DNA of 63,673 bases, the filler included, from Octopus bimaculoides (lineage: Eukaryota): assembly GCF_001194135.2 (NCBI RefSeq). It is 7 parts of 6 records of this genome, joined end to end, with 100 filler letters (N's around TTAATTAATTAA, not from the genome) between each part and the next. Parts side by side here need not be neighbours in the genome. Positions count along the whole stretch, not along the records: positions 1 to 31,157 come from NC_069000.1; positions 31,258 to 37,242 come from NC_069007.1; positions 37,343 to 45,034 come from NC_068985.1; 4 more parts are not named here. One strand, written 5' to 3'. Positions 27,491 to 39,719 of the stretch are shown here, in pieces. The notes beneath the pieces are model-generated. The model was not told the DNA's origin and did no database searches. It saw only the letters and a program-made list of their open reading frames with translations. Every line of letters begins with the position of its first letter. Positions within the stretch are counted from its first letter, which is position 1. Position numbers and translations under genes: made by a program.

Positions 27491-29099
27491 TACATCACCC
27501 TGCTGGACGCGTAATAATGAAATTTATTTTGTTTAAATCCTCGCAGCTTAACCTTAAACTGTTGAATGTTAAACAAGCTCCTCGCTTTGCCTATAGTGGC
27601 TAATTCATCACTAATATAATTGTTGAATTGGAGCTGTAAATTTTTAAAGAGCAAGAATTTCTGTAAGCGTTCCATTATTGATTCAGTGTATGATATTATA
27701 TTTATTGACACTCCAGTGCTAGAAATAAATATAAATCGTATTTTAATTCATATCACGGCTTTACAAAGGCCATTGGGTCTTTATAAACTAACAATAATTT
27801 GATGCATTGGAGTATTAATAAAAATAGTAAAATTATTTTCTGCTTTATTTTCGTCTCATGGCAAATTTTATTAGCAACTGCTAAAGAACGTAAGAATGTA
27901 AAATTTCTCTTTCTTCTATGTGCTAATTTGTCAAAAAATTATTTATGCATGAAAAAATTACGATGTGTCGCTAGCGGTAAGGTAAGTTTATAATAAAATA
28001 TCGATAAGTAAATTAGATGAAAAACGCTGTCAGGGTCACTCAGTTTCTTCGTTGCCAAGGTCATTTACATTCATATTACTTTCTGAGTAACATTCAGAGA
28101 ATTATGAAAATTTCCATGATACAAAAATAAATAAACACATTTACGAAAAGTAGAATCTCTATTTGATTTATTTAACAGGAAAATAATACAAAACATCGAG
28201 GTTTTATTATTTCTTTTTTATTTACATTCATTTTTTTGTTTTATATAAATTTTCCTTAGAATTTCTGAGTTATGCTGGAAGAGTTATACAATTATAAACA
28301 TTTTTTAAGGAAAGGAAAGAAACGTGTTGCTTAGTAACTGGCCTAAATGAAAAGAAAAAAGTACACTCACACACGTACACACACACACAAACGGTAGAAA
28401 AATCTACCATAACGGCTTGAACCTGTGTGAGTTGCTGCTATTAATCACAAACGAAATGTTTTCTTATACAAAAGTTAATATGCTGGTCACGTGTGATTTG
28501 TGGCAGATACTCAGAGGTGACCAAACGCGTTCTTATATCGCTGACAAATATACAAAATAATATAAATAACTGGAGAATAAAAGATGAAGAAATGAATTGC
28601 AAAAGGTACGGTGCAATGATTTGTGGGGTAGGACGGAATGAAGGGAAGGATAAGTAAGTGTGTTGTTGGGAGGAGTTTGAAAGAAAAAAATATGAGCGGT
28701 ATAAATCAATAAAAAAGAAAAAAAAAGAAAAAAAAACTATGATGAAGATAAGGGGGAAAATGGATGGAGAAAGAGTTTGTAAACAAATAACAGATGTGTA
28801 GGTATGTAGAGAGCTGATTCAGGAATAGTTAAATAGTAAAATGAAAAAAAATATTGATGGAGAGATATGCACTGATGAGCGGATTGCTTGACTTACGGAA
28901 TAAGCAGAGAATGAAATACACCGAATATACGAAATATTCAAATTGATAAATTGACTGATAGATACACAACGTAGAAATACAACTAGATGGATAGAAAGAT
29001 GGATAGGAATGAAGAGGTAGATATACAAAGTGAGAAGCAGATGGACTGACAGACAGACAGGCAGAGGTACAGATATTTGGAGAGATGGAGAGATAGACA

Positions 29100-29471
29100 T
29101 ATAGGTAGTTGGAAAGATATATAGATGGTTAGGTCGGTAGATAGGTAGGTAGGTAGGTAGGTAGGTAGGTAGGTAAGTAGGTAGGTAGGTAGGTAAATAG
29201 ATAGACAAACAGACAGACAGACATACAGACAGACAGACAGACAGATGGACGGACGAACGGACGGAGCTAGGCACGGACGGAGCTGGGGACGAACGAAGCT
29301 AGGGACGGACGGAGCTGGGGACGGACGGAGCTAGGGACGGACGGATGGACAAACAGTTATATGGATAAATAAATAGATAGACATAAAAAGATATATGGAT
29401 ACCTGTATAGCTATGTACCCATACAAATATATGAACAGATAAACAAGTCGCCGGATTGATAGATAGGTAGA

Positions 29472-29505
<34 letters not shown>

Positions 29506-30267
29506 TACAGACAGACAGACAGACAGACAGGTAGGTAGGTAGGTAGGTAGGTAGGTAGGTAGGTAGGTAGGTAATTAGGTAGGTAGGCAGATAAATGGTA
29601 GATAGACAGGCAGACAAACAAGCAGCATATTGATATATGGAGCAGATCGATTAATAGATCGATTAATAGATCGATTAATAGAGATACAGATATACGGAGT
29701 GTTGATAGACATACAAATGCTTGACATATACATACATGGACCAACAGCTCAATTCACAGATAGATGGCCAGCTAGATTTATAGACCGACAGATTTTTAGA
29801 CCGACAAATAAATAAACTGGCACAGAGATGGACAGAGACAGACCGAGCGAGAGATACGTTGATGGGTAGACAAACAGCTGACTGACTGACGAATAAATGG
29901 ACATATATATATATATATATATACGGTGACTGAGATGGACAGAGAAAATATGTAATGTGAGAGATGACTGAAAAGTGGACAGACAGATAAACGATTGATA
30001 GATATATGGATTGACAGGTCCATATAGAGGAATAGAAAAATGATAGACTTAGATAGCCAACAAATAGACGGAGAGATAGGTAGACAGATAAATATATGTT
30101 TAGACAAATTGGTGAACAGGTTGATAGATGAACAGAATGATTACTGAGAAATAGCCAGATAGATGGACTCACAGACAGATGAATAGATAGGTAGGTAGAT
30201 GGATGGATAGATAAATAAATAGATACATAAATGGATAGATAAATGACAGACATATATAACTAACAAT

Positions 30268-30344
<77 letters not shown>

Positions 30345-30700
30345 GGTTAGACAACTAGATGAACTGATAGATTGATTGACGGATAGGTTGATAGATATCT
30401 GACAACATAGAGCACTGAATAGATAGACAGTTACATCGATGAACAGGCATATACATGAATTGATAACAGACGTGCATAGACAGATAGATGGACAGACGGA
30501 CAGACAAGCGGACAAACGGAGAGTTTGAAAAGATTGATGGATTTACAAATAAATGATTTGCCGATGTTGAGCCGATTTGTTTGTCGGGTAGAAAGAAAAA
30601 TAATACTTTACTGAGTGGTCAGTGGAGATAGATTAACAAAGATAGATTAACAAAGATAGATTAACAAAGATAGATTAACAAAGATAGATTGACAGTGTGA
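29100..30700. repeat. tetranucleotide field (GATA/GACA/GGTA/GGAC) with derived 16-, 12- and 14-bp minisatellites
   Basis: GACGGACGGAGCTRGG units at about 29262-29345; GATCGATTAATA x3 at about 29645; GATAGATTAACAAA x4-5 at about 30626-30690. Confidence 0.9.
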
Positions 30701-30822
30701 TACAGGCTAAGACAAATGGCGTTTGACAAAAAGACAGATAGATGTAATAATAGATTGGTAAACAAAATACTCATATAGATTGTTGATAACTAAACAGCTA
30801 TATGGATAGCTATATACGTAGA

Positions 30823-30878
<56 letters not shown>

Positions 30879-31104
30879 CAAACATATACGTACACATATG
30901 TACGTACATGAATACATGCATACATACGTACATTTATACACATAGAAAAACCACAGACAGACAGACATGCAGACAGACAGACTGACAGACGGACAGTCGG
31001 ACAGACAAATAGTCAAGCAGACAGACATGTGTAATAACTATAAGGAAAGATAAAGTAAATAGGACTTAGTTGGATAGAGCAGAACAGATACACAGATGTA
31101 TATG

Positions 31105-31157
<53 letters not shown>

Positions 31158-31201
31158 NNNNNNNNNNNNNNNNNNNNNNNNNNNNNNNNNNNNNNNNNNN
31201 N

Positions 31202-31213
31202 TTAATTAATTAA
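31202..31213. other. assembly linker TTAATTAATTAA (also at 37287, 45079, 50807, 57812, 60307)
   Basis: The same 12-mer, with stops in all six frames, centred in N runs six times. Not biological. Confidence 0.95.
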
Positions 31214-31274
31214 NNNNNNNNNNNNNNNNNNNNNNNNNNNNNNNNNNNNNNNNNNNNATTTAGTAAAAAAAAAA

Positions 31275-31440
31275 AACGGGAAAAATAATCCAGAATCTTT
31301 GTCCGGTACCGGATCAATCCCAAAATTTTATCAGTTTGTGCCAGTCATGAGGCCAAATATTCCTGAAAGTTTCATCCGAATTCATCCAGCGGTTCTTGAG
31401 ATATCTAGTCCACGGACAAACCAACAAATGCAACTGAAAA
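31275..31440. mobile_element. repeat fragment resembling Helentron/DINE-type non-autonomous elements
   Basis: CCGGTACCGGATC..TGAAAGTTTCATCCGAATTCATCCAGCGGTTCTTGAGATATC. The resemblance is from memory and unverified. Confidence 0.3.
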
Positions 31441-31867
31441 CAAGCTTCTTACCCACACAGCCACGTCAAATAAATATAAAACCTAAAACTAAAATTTTAC
31501 ATTTTTAAAAATGTATTTTCTGATCCCCTCCCCCGCCACACACATACACACACACACACACTGTACTAATTTAGCTAATTACTCTAAACAAATTATTTTC
31601 CTAATCAATATCTATTACAGTGCTGGAAGGTAAACGTATATTTCTCAGTTTATCTGTGAGAAACCAAATAGAAAGAATTTTAGGGAGAAAAAGTCACAGG
31701 AGTCTATGAGTTCCTTATCAAGATGTGCTTTGATAATTTCAGCTACATAGGTGTAAAAAAAACTGGCCTATAGCTGGGAGCATTCATACATATTGTTAGA
31801 GTATAGATACTTGCCTTTATTATTATTATTATTATTATTATTATTGTTATTATTATTATGATTATTA

Positions 31868-31920
31868 AAGGCAGTGAGCTGGTAGAATCATCAGCACGCT
31901 GAACGAAATGCTTAGTTTTA
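31868..31920 (+). mobile_element. SINE family B head
   Basis: AAGGCAGTGAGCTGGTAGAATCATCAGCACGCTGAACGAAATGCTTAG after (TTA)n. Confidence 0.7.
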
Positions 31921-32376
31921 TATGGGCACTGGTGTTAAGGGGAGTTTTAAAGGGACATTTGGTTTGTTAGCCCTTTGAAATATCCTTTATCTTTTATATA
32001 GTTGGTGGCGGCGTCGATGGNNNNNNNNNNNNNNNNNNNNNNNNNNNNNNNNNNNNNNNNNNNNNNNNNNNNNNNNNNNNNNNNNNNNNNNNNNNNNNNN
32101 NNNNNNNNNNNNNNNNNNNNNNNNNNNNNNNNNNNNNNNNNNNNNNNNNNNNNNNNNNNNNNNNNNNNNNNNNNNNNNNNNNNNNNNNNNNNNNNNNNNN
32201 NNNNNNNNNNNNNNNNNNNNNNNNNNNNNGGAGGAGGAGTTGTTAAAGCATTTCGTAGAATGCCTTGTATTTATTCTGGGGTTTCTGCATCCTGAATTCA
32301 TATCCTGCAAATTCAACTTAGCCTTTCATCCATTCAGGAATCAATGAAGTCCCTACCAGTCCTGTACTAAGGAGTC

Positions 32377-32408
<32 letters not shown>

Positions 32409-32446
32409 GTCTCTCTCTCTCTCTTTCTCTCTGTCTCTCTCTCTCT

Positions 32447-32482
<36 letters not shown>

Positions 32483-33176
32483 ACTGTGGTCAGATTTGGA
32501 GGCGAATGAGCCCTGCTTGGTCTTAAAATACCCTCCACCCCAGAATATGCCATGCATCTTGACTGATTCAGTGTTGTTGGTGATGTTGATGGTAATGCCA
32601 TCTTAGTGGAATTGGTAAACCTGGTGGTGCTTGTTTTTGGAGTCTTGGTTATCAGGGCGATGGAGGTGGTGATGGGGATAGTGTTGATGTCAGCCATGAT
32701 GGTGATGACATTGCTAGCTTTGGGTGTTGACGATTGTTAGTAGTGATGACAAGGATGGTGAGAATGATGATGATGATGATTATGGTGGTGGGGACGGTGG
32801 TAATCCTAGTTGTCTAAATAATTATTTACTGCTATTAAACCGATCTGTTCTGTTTAGCGATGTCAGTTCTTTGTGGTTTATTTCACATAGACATCCAATC
32901 AAATAATTAAATGCCGTGCTGTAATTACCAACATTCATAAATATTGAATTTGATTCAAGAAGAAGGAACCTGTACAATGTACAACGAGCTAACGAGAGAA
33001 CCTCCACTGCTACTTAATGACTTTCTACAGAGTCACTTAACCTCTGCAGTGTCTGAATAAAGTTGGGATGGTCATGGCTGAAATGCCTTTGATCAAAGGC
33101 CTGCATGATCAGGACCGACCAGGGGTTAAATGAGTACTAATACAACAAAGGATACATAGCGTGATATAGTCCGAGG

Positions 33177-33394
33177 TACTCTTTTACTCTTTTACTCGTT
33201 TCAGTCATTTGACTGCGGCCATGCTGGAGCACCGCCTTTAGTCGAGTCAATCGACCCCAGGACTTATTTTTTGGATGCCTAGTACTTATTCTATTGGCCT
33301 CTTTTGCCGAACCGCTAAGTTACGGGGACGTAAACACACCACCATCGGTTGTCAAGCGATGTTGGGGGGGACAAACACCGACACACATACACAG

Positions 33395-33425
<31 letters not shown>
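33177..33425 (-). mobile_element. SINE family A, 3' half (rest in gap)
   Basis: Tail (TACTCTTT)n; CAGTCATTTGACTGCGGCCATGCTGGAGCACCGCCTTTAGTCGAG..GACCCCAGGAC. Confidence 0.9.
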
Positions 33426-34151
33426 NNNNNNNNNNNNNNNNNNNNNNNNNNNNNNNNNNNNNNNNNNNNNNNNNNNNNNNNNNNNNNNNNNNNNNNNNNN
33501 NNNNNNNNNNNNNNNNNNNNNNNNNNNNNNNNNNNNNNNNNNNNNNNNNNNNNNNNNNNNNNNNNNNNNNNNNNNNNNNNNNNNNNNNNNNNNNNNNNNN
33601 NNNNNNNNNNNNNNNNNNNNNNNNNNNNNNNNNNNNNNNNNNNNNNNNNNNNNNNNNNNNNNNNNNNNNNNNNNNNNNNNNNNNNNNNNNNNNNNNNNNN
33701 NNNNNNNNNNNNNNNNNNNNNNNNNNNNNNNNNNNNNNNNNNNNNNNNNNNNNNNNNNNNNNNNNNNNNNNNNNNNNNNNNNNNNNNNNNNNNNNNNNNN
33801 NNNNNNNNNNNNNNNNNNNNNNNNNNNNNNNNNNNNNNNNNNNNNNNNNNNNNNNNNNNNNNNNNNNNNNNNNNNNNNNNNNNNNNNNNNNNNNNNNNNN
33901 NNNNNNNNNNNNNNNNNNNNNNNNNNNNNNNNNNNNNNNNNNNNNNNNNNNNNNNNNNNNNNNNNNNNNNNNNNNNNNNNNNNNNNNNNNNNNNNNNNNN
34001 NNNNNNNNNNNNNNNNNNNNNNNNNNNNNNNNNNNNNNNNNNNNNNNNNNNNNNNNNNNNNNNNNNNTTTCATTATCATAAGGCATCCGGCTGGCGGAAT
34101 CATTAGCATGCCAGACAAAGTGCTCAGTGGCATTTCGCCTTTCATCTTTTC

Positions 34152-34556
34152 AAGGAGTGGCTGTGTGGTAAGTAGCTTGCTTACCAACCACATGGTTCCG
34201 GGTTCAGTCCCACTGCGTGGCACCTTGGGCAAGTGTCTTCTATAGTCTCGGGCCGACCAAAGCCTTGTGAGTGGATTTGGTAGACAGAAAACTGAAAGAA
34301 GCCCATCGTATATGTGTATATATATGTATATATATATGTGTGTATGTGTGTTTGTATATCTCTGTTTGTCCTCACAACATTGCTTGACAACCGATGGTGG
34401 TGTGTTTACGTCCCCGTAGCTTAGCGGTTCGGCAAAAGAGACCGATAAAATAAGTACTAGGCTTCCAAGGAATAAGTCCTGGGGTCGATTTGCTCGACTA
34501 AAGGCGGTGCTCCAGCATGGCCACAGTCAAATGACTGGAGCAAGTAAAAGAGTAAA
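34152..34556 (+). mobile_element. SINE family A, full length, nested in a SINE B
   Basis: A box TGGCTGTGTGG, B box GGTTCAGTCCC, CORE-like ACCTTGGGCAAGTG, internal TA/TG tract, tail GTAAAAGAGTAAAG. SINE-B head at 34080-34150 and SINE-B tail at 34555-34625. Confidence 0.92.
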
Positions 34557-34652
34557 GTACCAGTTGAGTACCAAGGTCAATCTAATTGACTCACCCCAAC
34601 ATTGCTGGTCTTGTGCCAAATTTTGATTCTAATATTTCATCACACACAGATA

Positions 34653-34817
34653 TACCGTATTTTAGTGTGTGTATAAGGAACCCCTAATTTTGGGGGCTTA
34701 AAATTTGGAAAAAAGGTTTTGTAAAGGATTATAATATTATCCATGTATAAGAAACTCCCATATGTTTTTAACCTAATTTTTGACAAAAAAGGGTTCCTTA
34801 TATTTTAAAATAGAGTA
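34653..34817. mobile_element. decayed MITE with TACCGTATTT-type TIR
   Basis: Left TACCGTATTTT; right AAAATAGAGTA (degenerate complement); subterminal TATAAGGAACCC / GGGTTCCTTATA inverted pair. Confidence 0.6.
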
Positions 34818-35227
34818 TATACAGCTTGTATGTCTACGCACATGCGTTGCTTTTAATAAACGAGAGAATACTCAATTCTGTAAGAGAATGAAATGGTTTT
34901 AGATTTGTTGATTGGTTTCTTGTTCCGGTTCAGCCAAAATATATTACTTTCTAACTCCAATCCTTTTACAGAATGTCCTGGGTGCTTTTTATATGGCACC
35001 AGCATTAGTTAAGTTGCCATGCAGTTTGCAAAACTAAGGGGCCCTTTTCACTGATTGGAACTACAAAAAGAGGGAATAGTGGCTTTATGCTCGGAATTGA
35101 AAGATGAAAGTATGAGAGACGGGACCAGAATGGGTTTCTTGCTACAAGGGTACTCACATAACAGAAAAGTGGGTGGGAGTCACTGGGGTGGAGCTGGAAT
35201 GAAAGAAAAAGTATGGTGATGAGATGT

Positions 35228-35380
35228 TAGGGTGTACTCTGGAGTAGGGTGTATTCTGGAGTAGGGTGTACTCTGGAGTAGGGTGTACTCTGGAGTAGGG
35301 TGTATTCTGGAGTAGGGTGTACTCTGGAGTAGGGTGTATTCTGGAGTAGGGTGTACTCTGGAGTAGGGTGTACTCTGAAG
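35228..35380. repeat. 17-bp minisatellite x9 (TAGGGTGTAYTCTGGAG)
   Basis: Direct count; C/T variant order C,T,C,C,T,C,T,C,C. Confidence 0.95.
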
Positions 35381-35580
35381 GTTCAAGGCAAATAGAAGTG
35401 AGTGGAGTGGGGTGGAAGGAAAGGAGTGTGGGTGGGTAACGGTTACAAGAGTCTCTGAAGTGAGGTATGGTTAGAGATGGCAAATGAGTGATGGGATAGA
35501 TATAATGAAGAACCAAGAGATAGATAGATGGATAGATAGATGGATAGGTAGGTATAGTTTTATACTTGTCAAAGACATTA

Positions 35581-35810
35581 TAATCTGTCTCATGCTAGTG
35601 CCATGATAAAGTGCCTCCCCTAATACACTCTGTAAAAAGATTTAGTGAGAGGAATGGCCTCTTTCTGTAGGCACCAAGCTAAAATGAAACCTGATGAGTG
35701 AGACGTGGTCCTCCAGTCCATCCAGGAGAGCAGTATCTCTAAATGAGGATGAACTGCGATCTGTCTAACCCATGCCAACATGGAAAACAGACGTAAGACA
35801 AAGACGACGG
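35581..35810 (+). mobile_element. decayed SINE 3' portion of another family
   Basis: Tail CTAACCCATGCCAACATGGAAAACAGACGTAA followed by a trinucleotide run. Family assignment is from memory. Confidence 0.45.
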
Positions 35811-36422
35811 CGGTGGTGGTGGTACAGACGTTCATTCAAAACACCTGTGTTCACTACACAGCTCACCTCAATTCTCCCTTCCTTCAGTACACCTGTATTA
35901 GGTGCACAATTCCCCCCCCCACACACACATGCCACTTGTATTGTGTTAGGTGCACAACACACACACTTGTATGAGGTGCACAACACGCACACACACACAC
36001 ACACATCCTTGTATTATGCGTGCACCCTATTTCTTAACACTTGCCAGTCTTTGATAGATATTCTTGTTATTTCTATTGTTTCTCCTACTTTAACGAGATC
36101 TTCCCTTAATTACATTGCCAATATGTCTTATTCTCCTTCGATCTAATTATCAACCACATCTATTAATCAATTGAAGCTGCTATGGTATTAATAGTGGCAG
36201 CGGCAATGCTGCTAGTGATGGCGGAGGTGCTGGTATATTGGAGGTNNNNNNNNNNNNNNNNNNNNNNNNNNNNNNNNNNNNNNNNNNNNNNNNNNNNNNN
36301 NNNNNNNNNNNNNNNNNNNNNNNNNNNNNNNNNNNNNTTAAGTGAGATGATAGTGATGGTGGTGGTGGTGGTGGTGGTAATGGAAGAAGTTGTGGTGGAC
36401 AGGAAACAAATTTCCTCCCTCA

Positions 36423-36479
<57 letters not shown>

Positions 36480-36904
36480 GTCTTTTTACTTCCTATTGTT
36501 AACCATTTTACTCTTGTATTAAATGAAATTAAGGCTGGTTAATTACTACTACTACTACTACTACTCTTATTCCTGCTGCTACAACTACTACTACTACTAC
36601 TACACATAGATGTCTGTGTAGGTGAGTGGTGGGGAGGTGCTATTCTGTTGCTATGACACTTCCACATAGCGTGTTTCTATGATGAAGAAATAGGTGCATA
36701 GGTGGCAGAATAATCCAGCAGGAGATTGAACCACTCTCTCTCCAGCTCTAACAGATGCTAGTAGCAGCGCCTTGATGAGGGAGTTCCCCTCTACAGACTT
36801 GCTGTGCTTGTGTTGAAGTCTGTTTGATGTCCTGTTAAAAACAAGCAGTCCAAGCACGTGTGCTCTCCTAAGTAAATCCCAGCTGCGATGGAGGGAAGAT
36901 GTAG

Positions 36905-37020
36905 CACTTATGCCCAACTCCAAGTACCTGTTGTGTACTGGGGTCGATCTAACCAGTGGTCCCCCCCCCCCAAAAAAAAATTGGGGTCTTGTGCCTAGAG
37001 TAGAAAAGAATATTCTAAAA
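36905..37020 (+). mobile_element. SINE family B, 3' part
   Basis: AAGTACCTGTTGTGTACTGGGGTCGATCTAA..GGGTCTTGTGCCTAGAGTAGAAAAGAATATT. Confidence 0.8.
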
Positions 37021-37060
37021 ATAAACTGTCGCAACATCAAAATCTTGACTAATTCAAAAC

Positions 37061-37242
37061 TATGTGAGGCTTATTGGTTGGAGCATCAAGCTCAGAATCA
37101 TGGGGGAGCGTGTTCAATTCTCAGACCGGGCTGGGTGTTGTGTTCTTGAGCAAGATACTTTTTCATGTTGCTCTGGTTGAGTTGCAGCATCACTGGTGCC
37201 AAGCTGTATCAACCTTTGTCTTTCCCTTCGATATCATCGGTG
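37061..37242 (+). mobile_element. tRNA-headed CORE-like SINE (family C/D-related)
   Basis: GTTCAATTC B-box-like motif; TGTTGTGTTCTTGAGCAAGATACTT. Confidence 0.6.
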
Positions 37243-37970
37243 NNNNNNNNNNNNNNNNNNNNNNNNNNNNNNNNNNNNNNNNNNNNTTAATTAATTAANN
37301 NNNNNNNNNNNNNNNNNNNNNNNNNNNNNNNNNNNNNNNNNNTATATATATATATATTTCTTGTACATATACATATATACAGAAGCACATATGTATTTGT
37401 ATACTTGCATACATGGTTATGGATAGGTATGAATATATGTGAGGATGTATATATATATATATACATAGAGAGAGAGAGAGAGAGAGAGAGAGATACAGCA
37501 CATTTGTGAGCGTGAGCAATCACATTCTATTTTCGTTTTATCTTATCTTTTTTTACACCAGAGTAGTTTCCCTTGAGCTTCGTAACTTAAGTCTGTAACC
37601 CCTTCGTCTATTTATCAATGAGACAATATATGACATAACCATTCTTCACGTTGATGTAACGTGGCATTTTTCTGCAAATACCTAATTGATTACGACGTAT
37701 AGGTGTCACTACTAGAAACCCCGAATTTTAAAAATTATTCTGTTACTGGATCTATTTCGGGAGTTAATGTGTTTGCTTTTGTCGGAGTCGTTCATCTTGA
37801 TCACTGGAATTAGAAAATGGTGACAGCGTCGCCGATGTAAGTCTTAAATCTTTCTTGATCCCGAAGTTCGCCTTCTCTATCATTCCAACAGTACTCATCA
37901 GTTTTCAACATTTATATCTGCGGCTGTAACATTTCTATTATTTCTGTTTTAAAATGGTAGTTTTTAAATG

Positions 37971-38151
37971 GAGCTAGCAGGAAAAAAGGCGTCGAACTGG
38001 CGGGAAAAGGCGGGGAGCTGGCGGAAAAAGGCGGCGAGCTGGCGGAAAAAGGCGGCGAGCTGGCGGAAAAAGGCGGCGGCTTGCAGACGACGGCGGCGAG
38101 CTGACAGAAACGTTAGCACGCCGGGCGAAATGCTTATCGGTATTTCGTCTG
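37971..38151 (+). mobile_element. SINE family B head preceded by six tandem ~21-bp copies of its own 5' end
   Basis: Unit GAGCTGGCGGAAAAAGGCGGC, then GAGCTGACAGAAACGTTAGCACGCCGGGCGAAATGCTT. Confidence 0.85.
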
Positions 38152-38769
38152 NNNNNNNNNNNNNNNNNNNNNNNNNNNNNNNNNNNNNNNNNNNNNNNNN
38201 NNNNNNNNNNNNNNNNNNNNNNNNNNNNNNNNNNNNNNNNNNNNNNNNNNNNNNNNNNNNNNNNNNNNNNNNNNNNNNNNNNNNNNNNNNNNNNNNNNNN
38301 NNNNNNNNNNNNNNNNNNNNNNNNNNNNNNNNNNNNNNNNNNNNNNNNNNNNNNNNNNNNNNNNNNNNNNNNNNNNNNNNNNNNNNNNNNNNNNNNNNNN
38401 NNNNNNNNNNNNNNNNNNNNNNNNNNNNNNNNNNNNNNNNNNNNNNNNNNNNNNNNNNNNNNNNNNNNNNNNNNNNNNNNNNNNNNNNNNNNNNNNNNNN
38501 NNNNNNNNNNNNNNNNNNNNNNNNNNNNNNNNNNNNNNNNNNNNNNNNNNNNNNNNNNNNNNNNNNNNNNNNNNNNNNNNNNNNNNNNNNNNNNNNNNNN
38601 NNNNNNNNNNNNNNNNNNNNNNNNNNNNNNNNNNNNNNNNNNNNNNNNNNNNNNNNNNNNNNNNNNNNNNNNNNNNNNNNNNNNNNNNNNNNNNNNNNNN
38701 NNNNNNNNNNNNNNNNNNNNNNNNNNNNNNNNNNNNNNNNNNNNNNNNNNNNNNNNNNNNNNNNNNNNN

Positions 38770-39719
38770 GATAAGATGTTCAACTTCACTTGAATGTTCC
38801 TCGTGCCATTCAGTAACAACTTTAGCTGTGTGAATTGGTGCATTATCATCCTGAAAGATTGCGTTTCCATACGGAAACAGTTCCGCAACTATAGGATGGA
38901 TTTGATCTGATAAAATGCTTAAATAGTCTTGACTATTAATTCTGCTATGAAGGGAAACCATTGGGCCGACGGATTTCCAAGATATAACCCACTTTCCAGA
39001 TCATCACAGATCCTCTTCCATGTTTAACAGTTGGAAGAAGGCAGTCTGGGTCAAATGCTTCTCCACACGTATACTCGGCCAGTGGTCGGAAATAAGGTAA
39101 AGGATGATTCGTCCGAGAAAATAACATTCTTCTACTGTTCTGGGACCAATTCTGTAGGTGTTTACTCCACTCTAAACGCTTTGCAACGTTTGTTTTTGAA
39201 AGTAGTGGTTTTCTGATTGCAGCCCTCCCCCGAAATCCAAGTTCGTGCAACTCCCGGAGAACAGTTTTTGTGAAAACATGGTTCTGGAGGTGGTCATTAA
39301 GCTCTGCAGTAATTTTGGGAGCTGTACTTTTGTGATCCTTTCTAACAATTCGCGTAAGAGTCCGATCGTCCCTATCTGAAAGTTTTGGTTTTCTTCCGGA
39401 GTTTTGTTTCGACAATGAGGTTTTTCCCTCTTTCTCAAATGCTGTCCTTACTTTTGAGACAGTACTTCTTAATAACCAAACATTTCGGCTGCTTTCGTTA
39501 CGCTAGCGCCTGCCATACGAGCACCAACAATCTGACGTCTTTGAAAGTCCGATAGATCTGTCATTTTAATGAATTTTAATTACCTTAGCAAAACATATTA
39601 AGCAACACAAATAATAAATCAAAAAATATAAAAGTAAATAAGTGTTCGATGGTTTTATAGATATTTCAAAATTATGATGCTATGATGCTAGGTGTTTCCA
39701 TTATTTTGTCCAACCCCTG
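38770..39719 (-). mobile_element. Tc1-family DNA transposon, frameshifted transposase (3' end in gap)
   Basis: TIR (minus strand) CAGGGGTTGGACAAAATAATGG with TA at 39720-39721. ATG at 39564 gives MTDLSDFQRRQIVGARMAG; HTH region SGRKPKLSDRDDRTLTRIV; catalytic FSDES (by frameshift) and IFQDDNAPIH. Confidence 0.93.

Noticed and set aside
31621-31629. 9-nt microexon-like TACAG/TGCTGGAAG/GTAAAC
   Set aside because: Weak donor and pyrimidine tract; expected by chance in this much sequence.
34152-34230. tRNA gene calls for the A/B-box heads of SINE families A-D
   Set aside because: No complete cloverleaf; each continues into a SINE body.
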